DNA of 57,586 bases, the filler included, from Dugesia japonica (taxonomy: Eukaryota): the NCBI GenBank assembly GCA_001938525.1. It is 6 parts of 6 records of this genome, joined end to end, with 100 filler letters (N's around TTAATTAATTAA, not from the genome) between each part and the next. Parts side by side here need not be neighbours in the genome. Positions count along the whole stretch, not along the records: positions 10,024 to 19,573 come from MQRL01349995.1; positions 19,674 to 29,407 come from MQRL01647489.1; 4 more parts are not named here. The stretch is one strand, 5' to 3'. This document shows positions 10,950-24,355 of this stretch, in pieces (positions within the stretch are counted from its first letter, which is position 1; every line of letters starts with the position of its first letter). The position numbers and the translations under genes are program-made. The notes below the pieces were generated by a model. It did no database searches and was not told the origin of the DNA. It was given only the letters and a program-made list of their open reading frames with translations.

Positions 10950-12316
10950 ATTTTATATAATCACTTATTCACATTAAATATTTATAGATAAAAAATAGAG
11001 AATATAAATGCAATGATTGTGGAGAAAAATTTTTGGAAAAGTTAAATTATATAATCATTTAGACTCTGCAAATTCTCTCTGTAAAACTGTATGAACTTAT
11101 GAATGGAAATGTCGTTATTGTAACGAAAAATTTTTTATAAGTTAAAAACAATTTTCTAAACATAAAAAAATTATGTTTCATTAATAAATATAAACTTGGT
11201 GGAGTTGAATATATTGAACAGCAAATTGAAGAAATTCATAACATCTTTGTATTGTAATTTATCTTTCAATAAAATTTATATAGAGCAGTTTTTGCTAACC
11301 CTAAAATCTTACGGCCCTTATTCGAATTGTAATTTTTATTAATTCATTTTGTATAATTATTGATTTTATTAAATAAAGTTTTAAATACAACTCGTTATCT
11401 TAATTATTTATTGATATTATCATATTAAATTATTATACTAAAATCACTTTCAAGCATTATAATAGTTAATTTGGAGTCAGAAATTTCAATTGTTAAATCT
11501 TACCCACGAGATTTAACAATATTAATGAATTTTTCTAATATTTATTTAAAATATTTTAATACTATTTCCTTTTTTAATATTCATGTTCTTTGAATTCTAG
11601 TTTTCTATTGAAATTCTTAATTAAATGATTTTCTTTCTTTACAAAACTTTGTTATTAAAAGCTTATTTCTTTTTTGAAAATGTTTAAATGTCTCGATAAT
11701 TTCATAACACTTAATTTCCCTATTTTAACACTATTTCAATATCTATCAAATATTTTATTAATTCCTAACCTCCACATTGTTACTAAAAACTATTATGTAT
11801 ATATTCTATAATTAATTTAATACTTATTAATTAAAAAATATATTTTCAACTTTTTCTTTAATGTTGTAATTTATAAGAATTTAGTATACGGACGTGGTTG
11901 TAAATAGTAAATTTGGAGGCGTATTTTTTATGAGATCTATTTTTTCTTCATTTGAGAAAGATAAAATTATGGTAGTAAAATGGTAATTCATTTAAATAAT
12001 AAGATTTTCACTGCTGTTTCCTAACCGAAAAAAAATCATGTTGGTAATAAACCAAATTCTACCTAATAAGAAAAACACTTTAATTAAAAAATATTAATTT
12101 AATTAAATAAATAAGTAAAACTATATTTACGATATTATCATCTTTTTCAGTAGAATTGATTTTGATGAAAAAGTTCCCTAAAGGTTTGAATTGTTTTTTA
12201 TGTAAATTGATTTCCCAAATTAATTTTCTTTAAATACATCGAAAATGTATTATTTTTAAATGCTACCTTGACATTATTCGAAATTTTGAATAGATTTATT
12301 GATTGTCGCGCAAACG

Positions 12317-15300
12317 ATGAACGGACAAGCATTTCTTGGCTGCAAAATAAGTCTTATTTCTAGAGCTGGAATACGTTATGAAGGAATACTTTATACAATT
12401 GATGCTAATAATTCTACAGTTGCTTTGTCTAAAGGTTTAATTAAACAAAATTGTTTCTAATTTAATATTCCTTTCGTTTTTTTTATTTCAGTAAAATCAT
12501 TTGGAACAGAAGATCGTTATGCTGAAACTCCAGTTCCGCCGAGAGATGAAATCTATGAATACATCATTTTTCGTGGATCAGATATTCAAGATCTTCATGT
12601 TTGTGAAGCTCCAAAGAAACACCCGCAAATTATGGCTCAGGATCCGGCAATTCTTGAAGTAAAAAAAATAAATACTTAACTGATAATTATTTAAAATTTT
12701 ATACTTTTACACAGATAACCGGAAAACCGCCAATTGCTACTCCATATTCAAGAAGAAGAGTTCAAGTAAATAGAATTTTATACTCATTTATTATTATTAT
12801 TATTATTATTATTACAATTTTCCCACTTAATATTATTTTAATATTTCAGTTTACGCCAAGATCATATCAAGGTATTGAGCAAAGTAATTTTTTCTTAATT
12901 TTCTTAAATATTTAGTATTAAATATCCTTATTTTCTACAAATTTTTATCTATAATTCCATTCACTAATTTATACTTGTTTGCTTATTTTTCCAACTATTT
13001 CGAAATATAATTAATCAATCATTCAAAAAATCCCAATATGTTTTAAGTTTAATATTTAAACGCTTTGTGAGAAGTTCATACTATATAGGCGTACTACATA
13101 GAAAAGTCAATTGTTAAATAAATAAGAAAATTAACTATTTCACAAAGGAAATGCAATATAAGAAAATCCAAACAAAGGTTTTAGCATTTTTATTAAAAAT
13201 ATATTCGTAGACCCAAATTTTCCTTTTACTGAATATGAATTGTTGGTGTGTGTAAATGGTTTTCTGATAATATTNGGCAAATTTTCTTTGGTTTTGAGAT
13301 TTTACACCCTGATAAAAATCTTTTCTTTTAAGGTGCAACAATGGCAGCAATACTTGAATTGGATGTATTTTCTATTTCATCATGATTATGATTAAGATTT
13401 GAAGGATAAAGGAAGATTTCTTTATTTGTAGAGTTGAAATAATAGACAACATAAAACAAAAAAAACAATTTTTTGTTATATTTTAAAACTAGTATTAATA
13501 GTGGTAATTATATTTAATATGATATTTAATGCAATTTTGACTGTAAACATATGTATTTTGGAGACGACGACATAAGCAAGTTTGATCGGATTCGAAATCC
13601 TTTTGAATTTCAGTTTACTGATTTAATTAGACAGGTACAAGTAGAACTGGTTGAATTAATATATAAAAGAACAATCCGCAGGCAGTTCAACAGAAAATCG
13701 CTGTTTTCATTCTGTATTGCATATTCTCAGGAATATCCACTGTTGTCAGATAAAGCTGTCAATGTTCTGTTGCCATTTGCAACGACTTGTGCGAATCAGC
13801 CTTTTCTGTGATTAATACCATAAAGACAAAATATAGAATCCAATATTCGTGTATGTCTGTCAAACATATAACCATGTTCGGACAAATTCTGCAGCACTAA
13901 ACAGGCACATACTTCACATTGATCAAGGATTTATTTCAATTTTAATAAATTCTTAATTATTGATTTTAATATAAATTTTTTATCTTATCTAATAAATTTT
14001 TCATATTTATGAGCAGTATCCTCAGAATAATTTATTGGCACTAGTCATTTTAGTACACGTCTTCCAATTTAATTTATGAACTTTTATGGCTTCATTTNTG
14101 GGTATGGGGCTCGCTATATAACAATCACATGCCGCGGAGTTCTGCAGCTTGTAAGAGTTTGAAAAACACTGATATATGGCACTCAGTGCAGCTGAACATT
14201 TATTGCCTCTGAATTTTGCTTACTGCATTTATGTCTTATAATAATTGTCACTAAAATCATTAAATTTTGTGTATGCTCCTGGTTTTTTCATTATATTATA
14301 AAATGTCTCCTCTTTCAACCATATAATATTTCTTTTACTTGTTTTATTTGATTCACATAAGATTAGTTAACTTTCTGTATAGACCTTATTGTGGCCCATA
14401 TAAATGTAAAGATTATTTATTATTAATGATTAAATAAAATAATTCATTTAAAATAAAAGCATCTATCAAAATTTTGTTTTTTGTTTTGAGATTAATTCGA
14501 TATTTCGACTTTGTCCTCGTCAGGAAATGAGTCAAAGTCAATTCCTGACGAAGACAAAGTCGAAATATCGAATTAATCTCAAAAAAACAAAATTTTGATC
14601 GAAGCTTTAATTTTAAATGAATTCTAAAAAGGATTAATGGTTACGCCCAACAATTATTCTCGCAATAATTGCAGTTGTTAAAATGAATAAAATAACTAAA
14701 TTAAAATAAAATTTTTATCGTAGTATAATTGGATTTCGATTTTTTTTCACAGACGATGTATAATATTAATAAATAATTTTGCTTATGTATATAATTAAAA
14801 ATCTATATAAATATATAATTTTAAAATGTGTGTCGGTCATTTCAGAATACAATTTTTGTTTAATAAATGCTAACCTCAACATACTTCCTTTCTGTCAGTA
14901 GTAAATATTTCAAAATTTAAATTTTGCATTAAATTTTTTTTGAAAATAAATTAATACATCTATACTAATATATAGCATACTATTATATAAATATACTATT
15001 AGTTATACAAAACATTTGCGTGATATATTATTTGAACGTGACCCATTGGATTAGAAACAGAGCTTTGGAAGACCTCGTATTGATAATTAGGATGAGCTAC
15101 TGACAGAAGTATTCAAAGCCATTTTTAAGCTCCGCTTCAGCAACATTTCAGAAGAGAAATTTTTCCGAAGAATAAAGTTCAAAGAATTGTTTCAAATGAA
15201 CATTTCAGATTTGTCCCCAAAAGAATATGTCCTCTTATTTCAGATTATTGATGTGGTGCCGAAAACATCGTCATAATGCATGGGGGAGATATGTGGATAT

Positions 15301-16751
15301 TGATTAGAAATAGTTTGAGTTATAAACTCTTCACTCCTAAAAATCCTTCACTCGTGAAAGATATCGTCCGAATAGCCCCAGAGAAAAATTTCCCATAATA
15401 AGCCAATCTAATTTGCGAAAAATAATGATATTAACTGCTATTGTGAAATCGAATTCAGAATATAATTTTAATGGTCTCATTGGCATTTGAAGGATTCAGG
15501 CGGACCACGAAGCCAAGCGATCATCAAATGACCACAAAAAGGTGGCATGTACAAAGTTGATTACACAATTAACAACTTTTACTATTTGACGCATGATGAA
15601 GTCATGTCTGCAGTTTTGAATAGGATGCGCTATTGTAAAAAGGTCTTCATTCAAATGGATAATGCTTGTCCACATGTTGGCAAAAACAATGTCAAAAAGT
15701 TAAATGACTTTGGGACAGTCTAATTCCAGCAGTTACTGTTATTAATCAGCCGGCTCAATCTCCTGAATTAAATATTAATGATCTTGGCTTGTTTCGTTTC
15801 TTGAGAAGGCGATGCCAAAACATATAAGATAAGCTGAATTCTGGTCTATTAAAGAAAAAACACTAACTTCTCTTTTCAGCATTAAGTCCTGTATCATTAA
15901 CCAGGTTAATGCTTTCAAAGGAGTGGTTGTTGATATTAAGTATTATTGATTTCATTGTATCATTTTTGTATTTATAAAATATACATTGTCATTCTAATTT
16001 ATCTGAAATCAACAAATTCACTTTTTTATGGTACAGAATTAGTATTTCGTTTCTAGTTTTAAAATATTTTTTCAAGTCAGTCAGGAAAACATTTTTTTTA
16101 ATTTACTAGTTTACTAAAAATTCTGTTATAATTCGCATTAAAATATTTATGATTTTGAAATGATTAAAATAAATAAATATAAACTGGTAACTCTAAAAAT
16201 TGTAATTGCTTTTATTTATTTATATCAAAAGGAGATGGAAGAGATATGCCCTATGTCGATGATATTCGATCTGGGAATTATTATCAAGGACATATGGATG
16301 ATGAAATGTATGAATCCTGGTCAGACAGAACACCATCGAGATCATACTATCCCAGAAATAGAGCTTATTTTCCGTAAGTTTATAATTAATTGTATTCGGA
16401 TAAATGATAAAGTTTAATAAATTTTTTTCTTAGAAATGGTAACAATTATCCAGTTAGAAACCAACCAATTTTCTATCCTGACATGCAAAGATATAATAAT
16501 AATCGTAGAAGATCTGGTTTCAATGGGACCAGTGTTAGAAATAATAAAGTAACATCTGTTCCAGCACCTCCAAGACGAAAAAATGCTACACTCAGAAGAA
16601 ATACAAGGAGATCTTCAAGTTTGAATGTTCGAGGTAGTGGTCAAACGTCTACAAAATTAGGTGAAAACGTTCAAGAAACATCAAGAGCATCAAGTGGTAA
16701 TTCTCGATCTACAAATATGTCTGGTCGACCAGAAAGTCAAAATGGATTAGA
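12317..16751 (+). CDS. LSM14: LSM14/RAP55/Trailer-hitch family protein, 5' part. Exons about 12317-12434, 12492-12658, 12715-12765, 12850-12883 (or -12871), 16232-16373, 16434-16751
   Basis: Spliced translation [48 protein letters not shown]...[18 protein letters not shown]...QDPAI is the Lsm14 N-terminal domain. Introns are GT-AG with compatible phases. The downstream R/S/N-rich exons are less certain, and the DFDF/FFD/TFG exons are not in this contig. Confidence 0.9.
13551..14171 (+). mobile_element. hAT (Buster/ZBED5-SCAND3-like) 3' fragment in an LSM14 intron
   Basis: [19 protein letters not shown]...IKTKYR...KQAHTSH* dimerisation-domain end. The 3' TIR is GTTTGAAAAACACTG. Confidence 0.85.
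14494..14528 (-). ncRNA. Minimal type I hammerhead ribozyme (inverted copy)
   Basis: Reverse complement reads ATTTC-CTGACGA-G-GAC-AAA-GTC-GAAATATC-GAATT, with one mismatch in stem I. Confidence 0.65.
14540..14574 (+). ncRNA. Minimal type I hammerhead ribozyme
   Basis: AATTC-CTGACGA-A-GAC-AAA-GTC-GAA-ATAT-C-GAATT. Stem I is AATTC/GAATT, core CUGANGA/GAAA, stem II GAC/GUC, palindromic mini stem III, AUC cleavage triplet. Confidence 0.75.
14884..16042 (+). mobile_element. Decayed DD39D-like (plant/Stowaway-type) mariner
   Basis: QMDNACPH...[16 protein letters not shown] with about 40 aa between the two D residues. Ends TA-CTTCCTTTCTGTC and GTACAGAATTAG-TA resemble Stowaway TIRs. Confidence 0.6.
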
Positions 16752-16960
16752 GTAAATTCATTGCTTTGATTTTTATAAAATAAATTTATAAGTAATTAAA
16801 TTAATCTTTTCAAAGTCATCCATAAAAACTTATTTATTATCACAAGTTTAATTTCATATGAATTTTAAAAGAAGATGTATTTATAATATTTAAACAAATT
16901 ATTCATGCCTTAAAATATTTTAATATTAAAATTTAAAATAAAAATATATTTTGAAAATTT

Positions 16961-19336
16961 TTAACACTAAAGCTAAGAAAATTTCATGTATTCCTATTCC
17001 TACCGTGAGCAGTCATATTAGCGCTAAAAAAAAACATTTATCCTTATATAGAATGATTTTTTACCCAATTAGATAGTAAACAAATATTCTCTTTAATTTA
17101 GAAAAGTTTTATTTTTCAGCCCATTTTTTACAAATTACAGGATTTTTTATTGAGCATTTACTACATACGTTTTTTTTACATTTTATGCACATCGTGTTAG
17201 TTTTATTGACTTTACAATATATTACTTGACACACTTACCGTCCAGGTGAATCTATAGTTGTATTTGCTATTGGTTTTGATAAANATTCTTTGTTTAGATG
17301 TCTTTTTCTGATGATATATCCCAATCTCTTCTGTCAATTGAAATAAAAATTATTACCTCAAAATTTCTTCACCCGTCGTTTCTTTATATAAAATCCAAGC
17401 ATTTATCCTGGCTAAATCTAAGATATTGAAAAATATTAATAGAGTCCATCTTTGAGATTTAGATTTCACACTATATTTTCTTACCATTTGATTGGTTACA
17501 TCTATACCGAATTTTGAACTATTGTAAAATCTAATTGTCTCTGGTATACTGGCATCACATTTTTCTATTTCAATAGAGGAATGCATTGAACTAAGTATCA
17601 ATACTTTTTTTATTAGGCATAAGTTTGTAAATTGTAAGAGTAAGATTTTTTGAATTATATAATATTGTTGATAAACGCGTCATACTATATTTGTCTGTGT
17701 CTCCAATTTTGGTAGCTCTCTTCTATTTTTCTGAACTGCTCCAATGTGCGTAGATTTATTTGCTAAATGTTTATTCGCTAATGAGACATTTGTAGAAAAA
17801 ATTATCAGTTATATTTCTCATAGGGCCCGTAAATATTTCAGGTAATTTCAAAGTCACTGAAGGTTCTCTCTCTTCATCTTTTCCTAAATATGGAATGCCG
17901 TTTAGAATATACTTACTACTTTCATTGGAAGCCAATCAAAATTTTCTGCCAAATTTGTCATGTATTGAGTAAATCTGCAATGTACTTTCGTTGGAAACAA
18001 TTGTTAATCTATCGAAAGATATGCTCCTGACTTATAACAGTTTTGACTGCTCACATTAAACTTGTATCAAATTTCAGAGATCAAAGCGAATGTTTTTTTT
18101 GTAAGCGTTGACTTCGTAGACCTTTGTTTTCAAACCGAATGAACCTCATAACTTCTGTAAATTTATTTCGGCTCATAGTTTTCGACAAATATGGACCCAA
18201 ATTTTAGACCCATTGACTGCTAGATAAATATGATATATCTATATTTTAGCCTCATATGCAAATAGAGGTCCTATGAATGTATATAATTTTGCAATATATA
18301 AATCCCATTTCGTTTTCAACACTGTAAATGCCTTTAATTCGTGTATTTTCTTACTTGCTCAATTGTGTTATGATTAATAATTAAGGAAAATGCTGACTCA
18401 ACTCTAATTTTCGTAAAATTTTGTTTAGTGTATCCCGTTGGTCCTGATATTTTCTTGAAAATATTTTAAATTGGTGCTCTTCCACAATTAGACCATTCTT
18501 TTATTTTTGCCGAATAGTTCTGTTCGTAGCAGTTTCAATATCTTTTTCATTTTAACTTTTGGAACAAATTATAAATCTCTTTCTCTTTTGTCCACTTCAT
18601 ATTCAAAATATTCTCTTCGCCTTTATTGCTGTCATATATTGCTGTTAAATATATCACAATCATTTCTAGTATATTATTATCCGTATCAGAAATTTCCTGA
18701 CAATCTTCAGAACAATCCTCGTCGATATTATTTATTTTGACTAATAAAGTAATACTCCTCAAATTTCTTGACATTTTTGGGGTGAATATACAAATGATAA
18801 AGTAAAAACTAAAATATATAAATGTAAATCAAACGGGGAAAAACATTGACAACACAAATACAAAAGGTTCAATTGTAAATCATAAGTGATTAATACATTA
18901 TAGGAGATAAAGGCAATGGACTTTTAAAATTGTAGGAATCTAGGTTATGATTACTAATTTCATCTGTCAATTGATCTGAGTTATTAATCAATTTAAAATA
19001 TCACGGTTTGAAAACTTAAAAAATTTAATCCTATAATAAATATGTTTTTGTTCACCTCTAACAAAAATATTTTCAGAAATGCGTTTTATATAGTTGAAAA
19101 TAACATAAATTATTCAAATAATCAAATGACCGCTCGTGGTAGGCTAGACACTCTATGAATTCTTTTTAGAAATTAAACAATAAGAAAATTTGTAAATATT
19201 AAAAAATGTATGTAAATGCATGTATACTATAAGAAAAATCAGTAAGTTACATGGCGATACAGTAACATTTGATACAAGTACTTCTAAAAAAATTCAAAAA
19301 CGGTTCCTTGACCGCACATGATAGGTTGAGTGTTAA
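16961..19336 (-). mobile_element. Decayed piggyBac transposon (PGBD4-like)
   Basis: FYNSSKFGIDVTNQM..YS.K....RW..IFFNILDLARINAWILY, a Cys-rich C-terminus at about 17150-17240, an acidic N-terminus at 18547-18774, and TTAA-CAC termini. Confidence 0.85.
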
Positions 19337-19573
19337 AATATATATTTAGCCTTTTAATTAAAATTTTATAAAAATACATTTTACTTTAATATAATTTTTT
19401 AAAATATTATTTAAATTATTATTATCTACAAACTAAAATACAATAATTACAATTACAATAATTTATAAATCATTAAAAATTTAAACAAGTTATTTAAATT
19501 AATTTCAAAATGAAAGTTGTGAACTAATTCTTACAATTTCATTAAAATAAAATAATAGCTTCGATCAAATTAA

Positions 19574-19673
19574 NNNNNNNNNNNNNNNNNNNNNNNNNNN
19601 NNNNNNNNNNNNNNNNNTTAATTAATTAANNNNNNNNNNNNNNNNNNNNNNNNNNNNNNNNNNNNNNNNNNNN
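19574..19673. other. Artificial contig spacer
   Basis: N44-TTAATTAATTAA-N44. Confidence 0.97.
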
Positions 19674-20172
19674 TTCAGTGGGTAGTCCAAATAATATTGC
19701 TGAATATTAACAATTTTATCTTTGCTTGCTAAAATCTGAGAAATTAATTGGGAAGTGTTACGTAAAAATTATGATAATCCAAAAAAAATGTTCAGAATAG
19801 TTTTCTTTTGCTTATAGATTGTAGAGTTTGTTACTATGAATTTTGTTTTAACTAATCAATTTTTTGAATAAAACTTACAAATCAAAATTTAGCAGTTCAT
19901 TTCAACTGAAACTAAGAAATACATTTTATCTAAAAATTGTATATTTTCATTGACATCAACCAACTGCTATGTAAAATTAGGCATTATAAGTGGTCTGAAG
20001 TACGAAGAATTAAGCGAAAAAATAAACTAGGAAACTTCATTTCGATAAGATATTATTTATAATTTATTATTTAATCTATTTATTATTCAATTTAAATTAT
20101 TTTATTTGGAAATGCAAGCCTACATAAATACATAAAAATTAGTTGAATTAAAAATCCAAATATAATTTAAAT

Positions 20173-20768
20173 ATTCATTTAAAATAAAAGCTTCGATCAA
20201 AATTTGCTTTTTTTGTTTTTGATAACAATTCAGAATTGTTATCGAAATACAAAAAAGCAAATTTTGATCAAAGCTTCTATTTTAAATTATATCTAAAAAA
20301 GCAATCAATGGTTAAGTCCAGCAATTATTCTCGCAATAATTGTAATTGTAAAATATTTTAAATAAATAATTTTATTTCAATAGTTTATTTCAATTTTTAG
20401 TATTATTCTGATTTTTATTGCTAATGTGTAAAACAGAACCAAACAATTAGAAAAACCAAAATTATTTCCAAAAATAATTTTTCATTGTCAACTTAATTTT
20501 ACAATTACAATTATTGCGAGAATAATTGTTGGACAAAACCATTGATCGTTTTTCAGAATTCATTAAAAGATATGCTTCGATCAAAAATTTATTTTTTTTT
20601 TTGATAATAATTCAAATTTTTGACTTTTTATTAGTCAGGAATTGACTTTTTTTGTAATTGAAAAATTTGTAGAAAAGTCAACTTCTGACGAAGACAAAGT
20701 CGAAAATTTGAATTATTATCTAAAACAAAAAATGATCCTTGACCGAAGCTTATCTTTTAATGAATTCT
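20173..20768. repeat. Two further inverted Penelope-like pLTR hairpins; hammerhead core retained at 20681-20714
   Basis: AAAGCTTCGATCAAAATTT arms are homologous to 14441-14682. The core reads CTGACGAAGACAAAGTCGAAAATTTGAATT. Confidence 0.65.
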
Positions 20769-21026
20769 TAATTTTTAACTTTAAAGATATTACAAGACAA
20801 TTATACAAATATTTAGAACATAATTTCACTAAAAATTTACAAACTTAAGTTTTAATTTAATTAAAACATTTAGAAAAATATTAAAAATAAATAAATATTT
20901 AAAATTCTTAACGTATGATTACAATAACAATAAAATTTTTAATTAAATTAATTAAGGTTATTATGTATGAAATTATATGAAATTAAATTATGTATGAATT
21001 TATTATGTATGAAATTTACTGCTTAC

Positions 21027-21125
21027 TAAGCGGCCAGCCATTAATGACGTCACGCACCTAAAGGGTATAAATATATTTCTGACGATATTTAACAGGGGAT
21101 TTTGAAAAATGTGATGTCACATCGA
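21027..21125. mobile_element. PIF/Harbinger-like MITE end
   Basis: TAAGCGGCCAGCCATTAATGACGTCACGC resembles the common invertebrate TAAGGGGCC.TCCATAAATGACGTCAC terminus. Confidence 0.35.
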
Positions 21126-21646
21126 AAATCGAAACGAATTAAATGTAATAGGTTATAATTTATTATGCGAATTGAGACAAAAAACATTTAAGAAATTTTT
21201 GACAAAATTTAATTAAAGAATTTTTGAGATTTAATTTTTAAAAAAAAATTATAATTTAAATAGACTAATAAAACTTCGATAAAAGATTAATAATTTTGTA
21301 GCAAAGATCGATTGTCATTTTGAATCCATCAAAAATTTATCATTCCTGAAGAAGACATGTGTCAAAAACTTGAATTTTTTTACAAATACATTTTATTTTG
21401 ATCGAAGCTTTTTCTTTGTTTTAATGAAATTGAGAAAAAGTAACAAATGGATTAGATTTTTCAAAAGAACAGAAAAGGTGTATTATGGAAACCGATCGCC
21501 TCTGAAAATTTTTTGGGGTCGAAAAGTTGAACTAGTAATTGTAGAACGAATTTAGAGTGGTGGAAATCGTTTTTTCAAAGAATATCATTGGAATTAAATC
21601 GATGAAAACACTCAGAATACGAATTGCGCCACATTATGACTGCATA

Positions 21647-22137
21647 TATATCATGAATCAACCTATACCATTTGTATTAAAAGTTTGCGATGAAGGACAG
21701 GAAAACTAACAAGCACCAGTCTTAGGAGTTAAGATTCAGATGCTATAGAAAACGAGACTCAATATTGCTCTTTACTTATCATTTTGGACAAAACTGTTGT
21801 TTTATTAAAAATAAAGAATATTTTGTACGTGAATTAGTTGACTATGATGAATTTAGNNNNNNNNNNNNNNNNNNNNNNNNNNNNNNNNNNNNNNNNNNNN
21901 NNNNNNATATATATATATATATATATATATATCATGAATCAACCTATACCATTTTTATTAAAAGTTTGCGATGAAGGACTGGAAAACTAACAAGCACCAG
22001 TCTTAGGATTTAAGATTCAGATGCTATAGAAAACGAGACTCAATATTGCTCTTTACGTATCACTTTGGACAAAACTGTTGTTTTATTAAAAATAAAGAAT
22101 ATTTTGTACGTGAATTAGTTGACTATGATGAATTTAG
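21647..22137. repeat. ~210-bp direct duplication around a scaffold gap and (AT)n; probably an assembly overlap
   Basis: 21647-21856 is nearly identical to 21927-22137, separated by Ns. Confidence 0.7.
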
Positions 22138-22139
22138 AA

Positions 22140-24355
22140 TTAAAAAAGACTTTTTTGTAGGTTATAAAGATAAACTCGCCAATTTAGATATCTAGTCAGC
22201 TAATTCGATAGTGTCTGATGACAAAGACGAAAGAATTCATATAAGATTTTACAATTTATCAAATTCCAAAAGAAAAAATTATAAAGGCACAAGAATGGGT
22301 AGTTTAAAAATCCGGGAAGAAAAAAACGAGTTCATCAGAAATATTTAATCAGAAAAATTAGAGGTGTACCATGTAAACGGATTGATTGATCGAATCAAAA
22401 AGGGAGATGACATTCCTTTAAAATATAAAATAAAGGTTATGAGATTAATAATAAAATGTGCTAACTTATTTAGTCAATGCGACACGGATATTGATCATTG
22501 TAAAAAACTAAAGCATTACATTGCCACTAAGTAAAGAGCGCCGGTTGAGCTTCCACCTATACAAATACCGATAGAACTTGAGAATAAAGTTGATAATTTG
22601 TTTGCAGATTTATTGAAAAAAGATGTTCGGGAAAAGTAAAAGTCCGAGGAATTCACATTTAGTGGGTATCATTAAAAACAACGGGGACATAAGATATGTG
22701 TCCATTACCATCAGTTAAACTTAGTCAGAATCAGATCAATATATCCAATTCCAGAAATTTTTCTGCATTTTGATGCACTGGATGGAGCAAAGATATTTAG
22801 TGTTTTAATGGATATTACAATGTCGAAGTAAATAAGGCGGATAAACAAAACCAACATTCTCTACTAGAAAAAGGCAGTATAAATATTTTAAAATGCTATT
22901 TGGACTGAGTTCAGCCCCAGTAATATTCCAACGACTAATGCATATGATATTGCAAAATGAAAATTGGAAACAATGTTCTATTTATCTGGACAATGTTTTG
23001 ATATTTTGAAACTCGTATGAACAAAGCTTCAGTCGGTTGAAAGTGGTTTCAGCTAGAGTAAAAGAATTGGAAGTTAAATTGAAACCTGACAAATGTAATT
23101 TTTTGATAATGGAAGTTTCGTATCTGGGACAAAGAATTACGGCAGAACGAATAAAAACAGATCCAATAAAAATAGGAAAGTTCGAAATTGGTCAGAACCA
23201 GGGCGTTACTCAGATCTTTATTTATTTTAGCTTTTTGTAATTATTATAGAAAATTCATAAAAGATTTTGAATATGTCGTACAACCTTTAGAAACTATACT
23301 AAAACAAGGCAAACAAAAAACAAATGGGAAATACAGCAAAAAACAAATAATTTGGGATGCTGAAGGAAAAGAATCATTTAAAAAGATAAAGGAACTTCTA
23401 ATCACAGTTTCAGTAGTAGCTTATCCTTTGAAAGACACAGATGCAAGTCACAGTCATATTGGAGGAATCTTAAGCCAAGTTCAAAATTGAAATGAAAAAG
23501 GTATCGCATTTGTCTAAGAAGCTGACAAATTCAGAATTGAAATATTGTTTTACTCGTAAAGGATTATTAGCTGTCTGTTTTTGTGAAACAATTTAGACAT
23601 TATTTATTTGAGAGAAATTTCAAAAAAAGAACTGATCATTAAGCATTATTGTGGGTGAAAATTTGAAAAATCTCAAATATGTCACAATATTTTATTTGGA
23701 TCACAGAATTAGAGGAGTATCATTTTGATATTGAACACTGACCTGGCAGATTACACATTAACACAGACTATATAACACAGACAATACCCAGCCATAATGA
23801 ACCAAAAAACGAAGAAATTTGAAACTGATCGAAAAAGAAAATGATGAGTAGCCAATTATTAGATTTTTAGAAATGATTTCACGTCTCCAAGAAAAACAGA
23901 AATAATGGAATATTATCATAACAACATAAATTATCCAGGATTTATAAAGACAAAGGAATTAATTTAGAATTATTATGACTGGAAGAATATGATTAAAGAG
24001 ATAGAAAACTTTATTGATAAGCGCATTCCATGCATAAATCGAAAGAATGGAATTATTTCAAACCACATTTCTGAGAAGCATTTTATAGCTAATGAGGCAT
24101 TTGAAAAATATGATTAGATATCACTCGACCATTACCAGAAAGTATAGGATATAGATACATTTTAGTAGTAATATATCTCTTCTCAAAATATGCCATGTTA
24201 ATTTCTCTTATAGACATCAGATCGATATAAGTAATGAATAAGTTATTTAAAAGATATTTTGGAAATGCTAAAAGTTATTCACTCCGACAACGGAAGTAAT
24301 TTTAAAAACAATTTTATCAAAGAATTTTTTAAAGTTCATCATCAAGGGAATGGAT
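22140..24355 (+). pseudogene. Decayed Ty3/Gypsy pol (RT-RNaseH-integrase)
   Basis: FGLSSAP..FQRLM, IYLDNVLIF, FCNYYRKFIKDF, TDAS...IGGILSQ, an HHCC relic and IHSDNGSNF occur in Gypsy order. Confidence 0.9.

Larger units (their letters stand above)
14441..14682. mobile_element. Penelope-like pseudo-LTR in inverted (hairpin) arrangement
   Basis: Arms of about 85 bp (14441-14528 and 14540-14624) are near-perfect inverted repeats, each carrying a hammerhead core. The tail CAATTATTCTCGCAATAATTG recurs at 20321, 20505 and 40272. Confidence 0.7.
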
